A DNA stretch of 64,000 bases from an uncultured Nitrospira sp. GTDB lineage: Bacteria; Nitrospirota; Nitrospiria; Nitrospirales; Nitrospiraceae. The notes below the pieces were generated by a model. It was not told the origin of the DNA. It saw only the letters and a program-made list of their open reading frames with translations, and ran no database searches. The stretch lies in the NCBI GenBank assembly GCA_964430555.1, contig CAYSFU010000009.1:5646-69645 (forward strand), given 5' to 3'. Positions 8,789 to 19,202 of this stretch are shown here, in pieces. Position numbers and translations under genes: made by a program. Each line of letters begins with the position of its first letter. Within the stretch, counting starts at the first letter, position 1.

Positions 8789-10903
8789 ATGGAAAGGACC
8801 TGCCCAGAGTCCGTCAGGAATGTGGCAATCGTATCCAGTGCCGGTGCAGGAAAGACTTCTCTCAGCGAGGCGTTGTTGTATATGGGAGGAGCGATTCCGG
8901 CACTTGGCTCCGTGACGCAGGGAACCACCGTTTCTGATTTTGAGCCTGAAGCACTCCGTCATCGTACATCGACCAGCACCAGCCTGCTCCAGTTCTCGTG
9001 GAATCATACCCAGTTCACGCTTCTCGATACCCCCGGCGCGTTAGCGTTGCTTGGTGAGCCGATGGCCGCGCTCCGTGCCGTCGATGCAGTCGTACTGGTG
9101 ATGACCGAGCACATCGGGGTGCGGACCGAATTGGCTCGTGTGTGGGAAATGATCAAAGACTTGGACCTTCCCTGTCTTCTATTTCTGAACGGACTCGATA
9201 AGGATGGCGCATCTTTTGAGGCTGCGCTTGAACTGTGTCGCACACAACTCGGCTGTACGCCGATTCCCATGACGGTGCCTATCAAGTCCGCCGGGGGGAC
9301 CTTCGATGGGGTGGTTGATGTGTGGATCAAACAGCTTGTGCGATCTGGGCCGAGTTCCGAGAAAGCCGAACTCCTCCCGGTTCCCGCGCCTCTACAGGAG
9401 AGTCTGAATCGAGCACGGACACAGCTTCTGGAGGTTGTGGCTGAGAGCGCGGAGGCGCTGTTGGAGGTCTATCTTGCGGAAGGCGATCTGAGCGAGGGGG
9501 CGTTGCTGGAAGGACTGCGTCGGAATATTGCGAGCAGGCAATTACTTCCTGTGTATGCCGGATCTGCCATACAGAACGTGGGGGTCTGGTCGTTGCTTGA
9601 TGCCATGGTCACTCTCTTGCCGTCTCCGTCCGAGCGTGGTGTGGCGCATCCCTGGCACGGGATTCACCCAGAGACTCATGATACGTGCAAGCGAAAGGGG
9701 ACGGCCGAGGAACCATTTTCGGCCTATGTCTTTAAGACGATCATCGATCCGTTTGTCGGTCGATTGTCCTATTGTCGTGTGGTGTCGGGCGGCGTCCATG
9801 CCGATTCGACCGTACTCAATGCCTCGCACCATGTGCGGGAGAAGCTCGGTCATTTCTACCGTGTCTTGGGGAAACGACATGTGGCGGTCGAGTCAGCCAC
9901 AGGTGGAGACATCGTGGCGATTGCCAAGCTCAAGGACACCCACACCGGCGATACCCTGTCGCACGAGGGGAATCCGGTCTGCTATCCAGGGCTTGGTTTG
10001 CCGAAACCGATTCTGTCGTACGCGATCGAAGCCAGGTCGAAGACAGAGATCGACAAGGTGAGTCTTGGACTGCACAAACTCATCGAAGAAGATCCGACGC
10101 TGGAGTTTTCACGGCACGACGAGACCAAAGAAATGGTGCTCAGTGGGATGGGGCAATTCCATATTGATCTTGCGCTCGAAAAGCTCCATCGAAAATTCGG
10201 AGGTGACGTCATCCTCCATACTCCCAAAGTTCCGTATCGTGAAACCATCAAGATCAAGTCTCAGGCGCAGGGGAAGTATAAAAAGCAGACGGGGGGACAC
10301 GGACAATATGGCGACTGTTGGCTGGAGGTGGTGCCGTTGCCGCGGGGACAGGGATATGCCTTCGAGAATCGAGTCGTTGGAGGGGCCATCCCTCGGAATT
10401 TCATTCCGGCGATTGAAAAGGGCGTGCATGAGGCCATGCACGAGGGGCCGCTGAGTGGATGTCCGGTCGTCGATGTGCAGGTGATCGTCTACGATGGGTC
10501 GTTCCATGTGGTCGATTCTTCAGAGATGTCGTTCAAGATCGCAGGTTCGATGGCGTTTAGGAAAGCAATGGAGAGCGCCCATCCCATGTTGTTGGAGCCG
10601 GTCATGACGATGGCGATCGACACACCGACTGAGACGGTCGGAGCTGTGATGGGGGATTTGAACGCTCGTCGAGGACGAATCCTCTCCGTGAATGCGCACG
10701 ATCATGTCGAGCAGATTACGGCGCTGGTGCCGCTGGCGGAAGTCCTTCGCTATGCCACGGCATTGAGCGCCATGACCGCCGGTCGGGGAAGTTACGCTAT
10801 GGAATTTTCGCAGTACGACGAAGTGCCTCACGATCTTGTTGGAAAGATTCTGGAGAAGCGGAAGGCCGAAGGCCTGGCCGTTGCGTCGCATGCCGCACAT
10901 TAG
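8789..10903 (+). CDS. fusA: Elongation factor G paralog (EF-G2-like) with degenerate GTPase motifs
   Basis: Full EF-G domain order (EEDPTL, GMGQFH, KKQTGGHGQYG, DGSFHVVDSSEMSF, LLEPVM); AAGGAGG RBS before ATG 8789. Confidence 0.9.
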   Translation: MERTCPESVRNVAIVSSAGAGKTSLSEALLYMGGAIPALGSVTQGTTVSDFEPEALRHRTSTSTSLLQFSWNHTQFTLLDTPGALALLGEPMAALRAVDAVVLVMTEHIGVRTELARVWEMIKDLDLPCLLFLNGLDKDGASFEAALELCRTQLGCTPIPMTVPIKSAGGTFDGVVDVWIKQLVRSGPSSEKAELLPVPAPLQESLNRARTQLLEVVAESAEALLEVYLAEGDLSEGALLEGLRRNIASRQLLPVYAGSAIQNVGVWSLLDAMVTLLPSPSERGVAHPWHGIHPETHDTCKRKGTAEEPFSAYVFKTIIDPFVGRLSYCRVVSGGVHADSTVLNASHHVREKLGHFYRVLGKRHVAVESATGGDIVAIAKLKDTHTGDTLSHEGNPVCYPGLGLPKPILSYAIEARSKTEIDKVSLGLHKLIEEDPTLEFSRHDETKEMVLSGMGQFHIDLALEKLHRKFGGDVILHTPKVPYRETIKIKSQAQGKYKKQTGGHGQYGDCWLEVVPLPRGQGYAFENRVVGGAIPRNFIPAIEKGVHEAMHEGPLSGCPVVDVQVIVYDGSFHVVDSSEMSFKIAGSMAFRKAMESAHPMLLEPVMTMAIDTPTETVGAVMGDLNARRGRILSVNAHDHVEQITALVPLAEVLRYATALSAMTAGRGSYAMEFSQYDEVPHDLVGKILEKRKAEGLAVASHAAH

Positions 10904-11000
10904 CCAGCATGCCGCGTAAACGATTCTTCTGTAATCGCTGATACACTGCTGTGACCAGCCTGGTTGGCACACAGCAGAGCCAGGCCGGCAGGGTTGCCTT

Positions 11001-12407
11001 CTAGTCTGAAGTTTTCAAGACGACATAGAATGCGCGGTTTTCACGAAGTACGCGAAGCAAGATTGTGTCGCCACGCCGTGATCGGGAGATGGCTGCAGAA
11101 TAGTCGGCAAGCGACGAGGTTTCCGCACGGTTCACCTCTTTAATCAAGTCGCCCTCGCGCAGTCCTTCGGCTTGCGCCAAGCTGTGTGGTTCGACTCGCA
11201 CGATCACGATGCCTTTCGGCTCTCGAAGTTTGAATTTTTCAGCGAGGCTTGGCGTCAACTCCTGGACCTCAATGCCAAGTTTTATTTCCGCTCGTGCATG
11301 AGGAGCCGTGGGTACGACTGCTACGTCGCGACGTTCCGTGAGAAGAATCGTGAGGGTCACGTATTTCAGATCTCGAATCACGTCGATCTTGGCGCTTGCG
11401 CCAGGAGGCAAGGTCCCGATGAGGCGAGAGAGCTTATTCGGTGAATCGACGATCGCTCCATCGATCCGGACGATGACATCACCCGGCTGTATGCCGGCCA
11501 CGGCGGCAGGATCTTTCTCGAAGACTTCATTGACCAAGACTCCTTCGCCTTCGGAGACGCCGAATTTCTTGGCAAGGTCCGCCGTCAGGGGTTGAATGCC
11601 GACGCCAAGCCATCCGCGGACGACCTTCCCTTTCGCGAGGAGTTGTTCAATGACGGATTTGGCCATGTTGGAGGGAATGGCGAACCCAATGCCCTGGGCA
11701 AAATTGATGATCGCCGTATTGATTCCGATCACTTCACCACGAAGGTTAAACAGCGGGCCGCCGGAATTACCTGGATTGATGGAGGCATCGGTCTGGATGA
11801 AGTTTTCGTACCGCGAGAGATTCATGTTTTCACGACCGATGCCGCTGACGACACCGAGGGTAACGGTGCGGTCTAAGCCGAAGGGGTTTCCAACCGCCAG
11901 AACCCACTGGCCGACTTTGACTCCGGACGAATCGCCGAAGGGTGCATAGGGAAGCGGCCGATCAGCGGACACTTTCAGTAGCGCCAAATCCGTATCCGGG
12001 TCCTTGCCGATCACCTGAGCAATCAGCTTAGTTTTGTCCGAGAACCGAACTTCAAGTTCCATGGCATCGCCGATCACATGATTGTTTGTCACGATGTGTC
12101 CGTCGCTATCCACGATGAGGCCAGAACCGGAGCCCGAGGCATTCGGCGTCCGGTCTCCAGAGATGTCACGGAGTTTTCCTGCCGTCGTAATGGGAAAGAG
12201 ATTGACGACAGAAGGCTTGGCCTGTTCGGCGAGTTCCGTGATGACGGTTTGGATTTCTTCGAGCATGCGAATGCCGGGAGAGTCGGCAGAGACGGCGTCG
12301 ACCGGAGGCACAAAAGAGATCGACGCGAGTAGGACAAGGATGAGGAGGGATACGGAAGAAAGGACAGGCGCTCTACGAGATGTCATTCGTACCATGACAA
12401 AGAACAT
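11001..12407 (-). CDS. degP: Do/DegP-DegQ family periplasmic serine protease with two PDZ domains
   Basis: Signal peptide, TNNHV, DTDLAL, INPGNSGGPL, RGWLGV; exact start uncertain. Confidence 0.92.
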   Translation of the reverse strand: MFFVMVRMTSRRAPVLSSVSLLILVLLASISFVPPVDAVSADSPGIRMLEEIQTVITELAEQAKPSVVNLFPITTAGKLRDISGDRTPNASGSGSGLIVDSDGHIVTNNHVIGDAMELEVRFSDKTKLIAQVIGKDPDTDLALLKVSADRPLPYAPFGDSSGVKVGQWVLAVGNPFGLDRTVTLGVVSGIGRENMNLSRYENFIQTDASINPGNSGGPLFNLRGEVIGINTAIINFAQGIGFAIPSNMAKSVIEQLLAKGKVVRGWLGVGIQPLTADLAKKFGVSEGEGVLVNEVFEKDPAAVAGIQPGDVIVRIDGAIVDSPNKLSRLIGTLPPGASAKIDVIRDLKYVTLTILLTERRDVAVVPTAPHARAEIKLGIEVQELTPSLAEKFKLREPKGIVIVRVEPHSLAQAEGLREGDLIKEVNRAETSSLADYSAAISRSRRGDTILLRVLRENRAFYVVLKTSD

Positions 12408-12418
12408 TGTAGCTGATC

Positions 12419-13087
12419 TTATGTCGGTGTGCCTACCGTCCGCGGCGAACGTGTCAGCACCGGAGTGAGGGGGCGTTGACCGGTCACCCAGTGTGCGAGT
12501 TGAGCGAGTTCTGGGTGATGGCCGATCGCGATCACGATGTCGCCCGGTCGTAGGACGAGATCAGGGCTGGGAGCCAGAACAAAGGGGCCTCGTAGAACAG
12601 TGGTGACAATGGACACGAGAGGTTTGGGCGTAGCGCTCAGCGGTTGTCCGGCTGCGGCAGCGTCTCGTGCCACGATGAGACGTTCGATCCCGGCCGATCG
12701 CACCGTGAGGTCGTGGTGCAATAAAAGCAGGTCTTGATGAATCGCTTCAAGTTTGAGTTCACGAATTTGTGTATCGATCTGCACTAAGGATCGCTTCAGC
12801 TCGTGTATGCGGGCACGGGCATCGGTCAAGGCCTCATCCACTGCGTACACAATCGAATCCGGTTGAAGTCTGGAGTGAAGTCGATCGGAGATTTGTATGG
12901 CGATGAGTCGCCCAACTCGAGCGGTGACCGTGTCGATACGTTGGAGCAATGAGGACGCTTGCCAATGCAGTCGGATAATCTCCACCTTGCGGTTGACGAT
13001 TTCGGAAATCGATAAGATGCCTTCATAAAAGGCATGTCCGGTAATCGAAAGTTCCTTGTGAACTCGGTCAAGTAGCTCAAAAGTCAT
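12419..13087 (-). CDS. Coiled-coil protein with C-terminal TrkA-C (RCK_C) domain
   Basis: Helical N-terminus; C-terminal AGQPL..VLRGPFVLAPSPDLVLRPGDIVIAIG. Confidence 0.75.
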   Translation of the reverse strand: MTFELLDRVHKELSITGHAFYEGILSISEIVNRKVEIIRLHWQASSLLQRIDTVTARVGRLIAIQISDRLHSRLQPDSIVYAVDEALTDARARIHELKRSLVQIDTQIRELKLEAIHQDLLLLHHDLTVRSAGIERLIVARDAAAAGQPLSATPKPLVSIVTTVLRGPFVLAPSPDLVLRPGDIVIAIGHHPELAQLAHWVTGQRPLTPVLTRSPRTVGTPT

Positions 13088-13376
13088 GTTCTGATAATAG
13101 TTATTATGTAAACTCGTGGATTGATCCGCCCACCCGCGAAGCTCCTCAGGCGCTGATCGGACTATAGCACATTCGTCCCCCAAGGAGCAGCGTGTTCACG
13201 TTCATCTGAACGACTATGCGACTCAATGCTGTTCTTGAGCGGTCTTGATATGCGTCTCCACCCTGATCGCCTGTCAGGTAATTCGTGTGATAGTTGAAGT
13301 TCATGAAATGGGATGATGCCTCTCTTCCTTCTCTGAAGGAAGCCGTCATCCTGTTCGACTTGAGACGAATCCTAAT

Positions 13377-13405
13377 TTGCAATCGACTTGTTTCGTCCGT
13401 ATGAT
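13377..13405 (+). promoter_or_regulatory. sigma70 promoter of ttuA-like gene
   Basis: TTGCAA-17nt-TATGAT, 7 nt before the ATG. Confidence 0.55.
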
Positions 13406-13412
13406 CACCGTG

Positions 13413-14351
13413 ATGAACTGCACGAAATGTAAGACCAAGGCCGTGCTGAAATTGCCGCGTCACAACGCGGCATTCTGTAAGCGTTGCTTGAACTCTTTCG
13501 TCCACGATCAAGCGGCACGAGCGATCAAATCGCAGGAGATGTTTGGAAAAAATGATCGCGTTCTCGTCGCCGTATCGGGTGGAAAGGACAGTTTGGCGCT
13601 GTGGGATATCCTCCTGAAACTGGGGTATAAGGCGGATGCCCTGTATGTGAATCTCGGTATCCCCGGGTATTCGGATCGCTCACGGGACAATGTGCAGCGC
13701 TATGCCGATATGGTTGCTACGGCTTGTGGAGCGACACTCCATCTTCACACCGTCGAGCAAGCAGAGGGTGCCGGGATCAAAGAACTCGCGCAACTTGTGC
13801 ACCGCCCGACGTGCAGCACTTGCGGCACGATCAAGCGCTATCAATTCAACCGCGTCGCAATCGAGCAGGAGTACGATGTGATGGCGACCGGGCACAATCT
13901 CGATGACGAGGCTGCTCGGCTGCTCGGCAACGTGTTGCATTGGCAAGAAGACTATCTTGAGAAACAGAGTCCCAATCTTCCTGCTTCAATCGAAGGCTTT
14001 GCAAAAAAGGTCAAGCCGCTCTATCGGTTGACGGAACGGGAACTTGCCGCCTACTGTGTGCTGAACAAGATCGACTACATCGTTGATGAATGTCCCATGG
14101 CGCAGGGCGCACGCACTCTGCTCTATAAGGAGGTGCTCAATCGGCTGGAGACGGAATCCCCCGGGACAAAACAATATTTCTATTGGGGATTTCTGGAGAA
14201 GCAACGCAAGAACGCCTCCACGACTGCGAGTATGACTGAAAAAGACCAAGCCTCGCTTCACCCCTGCTCTACTTGCGGCCAACCCACCACCGGTGACATC
14301 TGTTCTTACTGCAGGCTCATGACCCGAGCCAAGGCGTCACCTGCTCGTTGA
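13413..14351 (+). CDS. ttuA: TtuA/TtcA/Ncs6-family tRNA 2-thiolation enzyme
   Basis: N-terminal zinc finger, PP-loop SGGKDS, CSTCG, TGHNLDD, CP, C-terminal CSTC..CSYC zinc finger. Confidence 0.8.
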   Translation: MNCTKCKTKAVLKLPRHNAAFCKRCLNSFVHDQAARAIKSQEMFGKNDRVLVAVSGGKDSLALWDILLKLGYKADALYVNLGIPGYSDRSRDNVQRYADMVATACGATLHLHTVEQAEGAGIKELAQLVHRPTCSTCGTIKRYQFNRVAIEQEYDVMATGHNLDDEAARLLGNVLHWQEDYLEKQSPNLPASIEGFAKKVKPLYRLTERELAAYCVLNKIDYIVDECPMAQGARTLLYKEVLNRLETESPGTKQYFYWGFLEKQRKNASTTASMTEKDQASLHPCSTCGQPTTGDICSYCRLMTRAKASPAR

Positions 14352-14363
14352 CCTATTCGGCTC

Positions 14364-14392
14364 TTGCAAACCTTTCGTGCAGTCCGTAAGCT
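14364..14392 (+). promoter_or_regulatory. sigma70 promoter of J-domain gene
   Basis: TTGCAA-17nt-TAAGCT. Confidence 0.45.
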
Positions 14393-14436
14393 GATCGGCA
14401 ACGGCATCTGCTTCATTCTCTACGAACGGACATTGT

Positions 14437-15486
14437 ATGGGAACGGCTCCACAAGACTATTATCAGACGCTCGGTGTTTCCCGAACGGCTTCAGCCGAGG
14501 AGATCAAAAAAGCTTTTCGTCGGCTGGCCCGCCAATATCATCCCGACCTTCATGCCGGCGCAAAGAAGGCCGAGATGGAAAAGAAATTTAAAGAGCTCAA
14601 TGAAGCTCAAGAGGTCCTGACCGACCCTGAAAAGCGAAAGAAGTACGATCAATACGGGAGCGAGTGGGACCAAGCTCAAGCGTTTGAAAAGGCTCGTCAG
14701 CAGGCTTGGACCAGAGGAGCGAGCAGTCCATGGGATTTTGAGCAGGATTCCAATAGCCGCGGCGACAGCGGGGAGCAATTTTCTGATTTCTTTGAAAACC
14801 TGTTTGGGAACCGTAAATCAGGAGCCGGAGGACGGGGTGGGAACGGAAGGCCTGGGCAGGATTTGGAGACGGACGTTCAGTTGACCTTACGAGAAGTGCT
14901 GACCGGTGTCATTAAACGGGTGAATCTACGGGAACCTCAAATCTGTTCAACCTGTCAGGGACAAGGAACGGTGCGAGGACGGCCTTGTGGAACATGTCAG
15001 GGAACCGGGAGAACGATCGATCACAAGACCATTGAAGTAAAAATTCCAGCCGGCGTGCAGGACGGAACACGAGTGCGGGTCGCCGGAAAAGGTCAGCTTG
15101 GGAGCGATGGTGGAAAGCGAGGCGATCTCTATCTTCAAGTGAGCATGTCCAGTGATCCGGTGTTTCGTCGGCAGGGATCGGATCTTCATGTCACCCTCCC
15201 CATCTACCCCTGGGAGGCGATTCTTGGCGCGGATGTGACGGCTCCCACATTGACGGAACCGGTGAAGGTCAAAGTTCCTCCTGGGAGCAAGGCTGATGCG
15301 AAGCTTCGCCTCAAGGGGAAAGGACTTCCTTCGGCTGCTGGCGGGGCGGGAGACCTCTTCTTGACCTTGCAGATTGTGATGCCGACGATGGCCACGGAAG
15401 AAGAGCGGATTCTCTACGAACGGTTGAGCAAACAACGGCATCCGGATCCGCGAGCAGAACTTCTTCATCAGGCTCAACGACATTAG
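14437..15486 (+). CDS. DnaJ/CbpA-family co-chaperone
   Basis: DYYQTLGV, HPD motif, FSDFFE, two CxxCxGxG repeats, DnaJ_C (GDLYL, LRLKGKG). Confidence 0.92.
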   Translation: MGTAPQDYYQTLGVSRTASAEEIKKAFRRLARQYHPDLHAGAKKAEMEKKFKELNEAQEVLTDPEKRKKYDQYGSEWDQAQAFEKARQQAWTRGASSPWDFEQDSNSRGDSGEQFSDFFENLFGNRKSGAGGRGGNGRPGQDLETDVQLTLREVLTGVIKRVNLREPQICSTCQGQGTVRGRPCGTCQGTGRTIDHKTIEVKIPAGVQDGTRVRVAGKGQLGSDGGKRGDLYLQVSMSSDPVFRRQGSDLHVTLPIYPWEAILGADVTAPTLTEPVKVKVPPGSKADAKLRLKGKGLPSAAGGAGDLFLTLQIVMPTMATEEERILYERLSKQRHPDPRAELLHQAQRH

Positions 15487-15607
15487 AGTCAACAAAAAAG
15501 CTGCGAATACGCTTCGATGTCGGTGTGACGTCGAACGGCTCGCTTGCGTTGCAACGCCTGCTATGGCAAGCTTCGGACAAGGGGCTTCCGAACCAAGGAG
15601 GAAACGT

Positions 15608-16225
15608 ATGAAGTCAGTCACAAAAATGGCAATGGTTGCGGTCGTGTCAGCCTGTCTGTTGGTATTAGGTGTCCCCAGTCTATGGGCCAATGATCCAAGT
15701 TATGGTCATGCGGGAGGCGGACATGGTCACGGTGGGAGTCATGGGTACGGAAAAGGGATGATGCATAGCGGAACCGGTCATTTGATCCGGCATCTGCTCA
15801 AGCATGAAAAAGACCTCGGCCTCAGTGGGGATCAGGTCGCGAAGCTCAAGGAGCTGCAATTGAACCTTGATCGGGTGCGGATCAAGGCAGAAGCGGATAT
15901 TCAAATCGCTGAACGCGAGGTCAAAGCGCTGACCGATGAAGAGAACTCCGATCTCGGGGCGATCGAGGCAAAACTGAAACAGAGCGAAGATCTTCAAATT
16001 GGGCTACGCATGGCGGCCATCAAGGCTCGCCGAGACGTGATGGCTGTGTTGACCCCGGAACAGCGCGCCAAGGAAAAGTCCGAACATGACAAGATGATGG
16101 GGAAACATAAAGGCTCAGGGGGACATCATGGAGGGACGATGCCGTACGGGACGAATCCGCATGGTGCCAACCCGCATGGCAAGAACCCTCATGAGGCTGC
16201 GCCTCCCGCATCACCAAGTAACTAG
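15608..16225 (+). CDS. Periplasmic Spy/CpxP (LTxxQ) family protein with His-rich extensions
   Basis: Signal peptide, LGLSGDQ and VLTPEQR motifs, Gly/His-rich termini; AGGAGG RBS. Confidence 0.85.
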   Translation: MKSVTKMAMVAVVSACLLVLGVPSLWANDPSYGHAGGGHGHGGSHGYGKGMMHSGTGHLIRHLLKHEKDLGLSGDQVAKLKELQLNLDRVRIKAEADIQIAEREVKALTDEENSDLGAIEAKLKQSEDLQIGLRMAAIKARRDVMAVLTPEQRAKEKSEHDKMMGKHKGSGGHHGGTMPYGTNPHGANPHGKNPHEAAPPASPSN

Positions 16226-16346
16226 CCAGATGGTGGACACGTTTGTCAGCGTGGTGTTTGCATTGTATTCACGTGCGTGAACGTGTGTCGCGTGAAGCGG
16301 CTTCGCGTTCGAGAGACGAGATTCAGGAAGAGGACCTCAACGACCG

Positions 16347-18020
16347 ATGAAAAAACACGTCAAGCTTCAAAGTCATGATCTCCTGGTGGGCCCTGGCCGT
16401 GCACCGGCTCGGGCGATGTTGAAAGCCGTCGGCTTTACGGACGACGACTTGATGAAACCGATTGTCGGTGTCGCCAATACGTGGATTGAAGTCATGCCCT
16501 GCAACTTTCATTTGCGCCGGCTATCCGAGCGCGTGAAGGCCGGCATTCGCGCTGCCGGTGGGACTCCGATCGAATACAACACCATCGCCGTGTCCGACGG
16601 AATTTCCATGGGGACCGAAGGCATGAAGGCTTCGCTCATCAGCCGCGAAGTCATCGCCGATTCGATTGAGTTGGTCGCGCGCGGACATTTGTTTGATGCG
16701 GTCGTGGCCCTGTCCGGTTGCGACAAGACGATTCCTGGAACGGTCATGGCCCTTGCCCGGTTGAATGTGCCGTCGCTCATGCTGTATGGCGGGTCGATCA
16801 TGCCGGGGCAGTTTCAGGGACATGATGTGACTATTCAAGATGTCTTTGAAGCCGTCGGAAAACATGCGTCGGGAAAGATGACCGATGCGGAGCTCAAGGA
16901 TCTGGAGGATCATGCCTGTCCGGGACCTGGCGCTTGTGGTGGCCAGTTTACGGCAAATACCATGGCGATTGCCTTCGAGTTTCTTGGTATTTCCCCCATG
17001 GGACGCAACGGCGTGCCTGCCATGGATGGACAGAAGGATGACGTGGCTTTCGAATGCGGCAAGATGGTGATGGAGCTGGTGAAGCAGGATCTTCGCCCTC
17101 GCCAACTGATTACGCGCAAATCATTAGAGAATGCCATTGCCGCTGTCGCTACGACGGGCGGCTCGACGAATGCCGTGCTGCATCTTCTCGCCATTGCCCG
17201 TGAATCGGGGATCAAGCTGAGTATCGACGATTTCGATAGGATCAACCGCAAGGTCCCCTTACTGGCCGACCTGAAGCCCGGTGGGCGCTTTGCCGCAGCG
17301 GATCTCTATGCGGCTGGAGGCACGACTTTGGTAGCCAAGCGGTTGCTCGATGCGGGGGTGCTCCATGGGAATCAACCGACGGTCACCGGTCGTACGATCG
17401 GTGAAGAGGCATCGAAGGCCCATGAGGCCTCAGGACAGCAGGTGCTGCGTCCCCTCGCCGACCCGATCAAGCCCACCGGCGGCCTTGTGATCCTGAAAGG
17501 AAATTTGGCGCCAGAGGGCTGCGTGGTGAAGGTCGCCGGCCATTCGATGACGAAGTTTCAAGGGCCGGCAAAGGTCTATGATCAAGAAGAAGACGCTTTT
17601 GTGGCGGTCAAGGCCGGACACATCAAGGCCGGTGACGTCGTCGTCATTCGATATGAAGGTCCGGCGGGTGGTCCTGGGATGCGTGAGATGCTCGGTGTAA
17701 CGGCGGCGATCGTCGGGGCGGGCCTTGGTGACTCCGTGGCGTTACTCACCGACGGCCGTTTCTCCGGGGCCACGCATGGACTGATGGCCGGCCATGTGGC
17801 GCCTGAAGCGGTGAGAGGCGGGCCCATCGCGGCGGTCAAGAACGGCGACGTGATTACGTTTGATATTCCCAAACGCCGTCTTGATGTGAAGCTCTCAAAA
17901 AAAGAGATCGCGGCTCGATTGAAGAAAATCAAACGACCGGTCCCACGGTATACCTCTGGTGTGATGGGGAAATATGCGAGACATGTCTCGTCTGCCTCAG
18001 AAGGTGCGGTGACAACGTAA
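16347..18020 (+). CDS. ilvD: Dihydroxy-acid dehydratase
   Basis: [54 protein letters not shown]. Confidence 0.97.
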   Translation: MKKHVKLQSHDLLVGPGRAPARAMLKAVGFTDDDLMKPIVGVANTWIEVMPCNFHLRRLSERVKAGIRAAGGTPIEYNTIAVSDGISMGTEGMKASLISREVIADSIELVARGHLFDAVVALSGCDKTIPGTVMALARLNVPSLMLYGGSIMPGQFQGHDVTIQDVFEAVGKHASGKMTDAELKDLEDHACPGPGACGGQFTANTMAIAFEFLGISPMGRNGVPAMDGQKDDVAFECGKMVMELVKQDLRPRQLITRKSLENAIAAVATTGGSTNAVLHLLAIARESGIKLSIDDFDRINRKVPLLADLKPGGRFAAADLYAAGGTTLVAKRLLDAGVLHGNQPTVTGRTIGEEASKAHEASGQQVLRPLADPIKPTGGLVILKGNLAPEGCVVKVAGHSMTKFQGPAKVYDQEEDAFVAVKAGHIKAGDVVVIRYEGPAGGPGMREMLGVTAAIVGAGLGDSVALLTDGRFSGATHGLMAGHVAPEAVRGGPIAAVKNGDVITFDIPKRRLDVKLSKKEIAARLKKIKRPVPRYTSGVMGKYARHVSSASEGAVTT

Positions 18021-18044
18021 GTCTTTCCGACGCATGCCATCTCG

Positions 18045-19202
18045 CTAAGTGCTCAGTAACCGATCATACAATCGTTCGTATTGTCGAACCGTTTCACTGA
18101 TGTGAAACTCGCGTGGGAGCAGAGAGGGTTCTACGGAGTGAAGACCTGCTGGTCTGGCTGGACGCGATAGAACACGGATGAGTGCGTCGGCCAATCCGTT
18201 GATATCTCCTGCGTGACAGAGCTCTCCAATCGTCGGCTCAACCACCACTTCATCGGCCCCTCCGACGTTCGTCGTGACAATGGGTAAGGCTGCGCTTCTG
18301 GCCTCAAGTAAAACTCGAGGTAACCCTTCCCAGTGGGACGTTAGGACAAAGATATCGAGTGCTTGCATGACCGCTGGGATATCGCGTCTCCAGCCAGTCA
18401 GATGGACGCAATCGTGAAGGCTCTGGTGCGCAATCAGCGATTCAATCTTCCCGCGTAATTCGCCGTCTCCAACAAGGACGAATCGGACGTTGGGCAGTGA
18501 TGTGGTGACCAGCTTTGCGACCTGAATGAAGTCCTCTGGAGCTTTCTGCGGCTTGAGACAGGTCACGGTTCCGATCAGGCTGGTTCCGGGCTCTGCACCC
18601 AACTCCTGTCTCAGTTGTTCTCGGTACGAACCTGCTATCACGTGTTGAAACGGTCGTGGATCGATACCAGGCCGTATCAGCAGGACGTTGTTTCGAAAGA
18701 GACGCCAGGCCATCCCCTTCTTGATGTCGGCTTGTGAGACGGCTACCCATTGGGTGGTAATCCAGCCGGTGATTCGTTCCAGCCCGATCAGCAGCCACTT
18801 CATCCAGCGAGGCTGGACAGGTGTGATGCCATACCCATGGATCGTATGGACGATGGTTGGAACGCCGGCAAACCATGCAGCCCATCGGCCAAGAATTCCC
18901 GCTTTTGAACTGTGCGTGTGGACGATCGATGGACGAAGACGTCGAAGAAGTTTCGTCAGCCCGACCAGCGCGACCAGATCGTCAAGTGGATGAATTGCCC
19001 GACCTAATGCGGAGAGAATATTCAGCTCAACATGAGGGAGGCGTTGGGCCTCCTCTGTCAGCAGTCCTCCGGGACCACTGATCAGAACGACCCGATATTT
19101 CATAGGATCCAGATGTGACACGACATGAAGCACCACATCTTGCGCTCCTCCGAGTTCAAGTTTTGTGATGATATGGCAAATAGTGTCCACGACACCTGCC
19201 AC
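18045..19202 (-). CDS. GT4 family glycosyltransferase
   Basis: ITKLELGGAQ, HTHSSKAG, WEGLPRVLLEA; GTG start overlapping upstream stop. Confidence 0.9.
   Translation of the reverse strand: MAGVVDTICHIITKLELGGAQDVVLHVVSHLDPMKYRVVLISGPGGLLTEEAQRLPHVELNILSALGRAIHPLDDLVALVGLTKLLRRLRPSIVHTHSSKAGILGRWAAWFAGVPTIVHTIHGYGITPVQPRWMKWLLIGLERITGWITTQWVAVSQADIKKGMAWRLFRNNVLLIRPGIDPRPFQHVIAGSYREQLRQELGAEPGTSLIGTVTCLKPQKAPEDFIQVAKLVTTSLPNVRFVLVGDGELRGKIESLIAHQSLHDCVHLTGWRRDIPAVMQALDIFVLTSHWEGLPRVLLEARSAALPIVTTNVGGADEVVVEPTIGELCHAGDINGLADALIRVLSRPARPAGLHSVEPSLLPREFHISETVRQYERLYDRLLST

Noticed and set aside
13310..13352. Stem-loop upstream of the ttuA-like gene
   Set aside because: Upstream of the predicted promoter and matches no riboswitch I recognise
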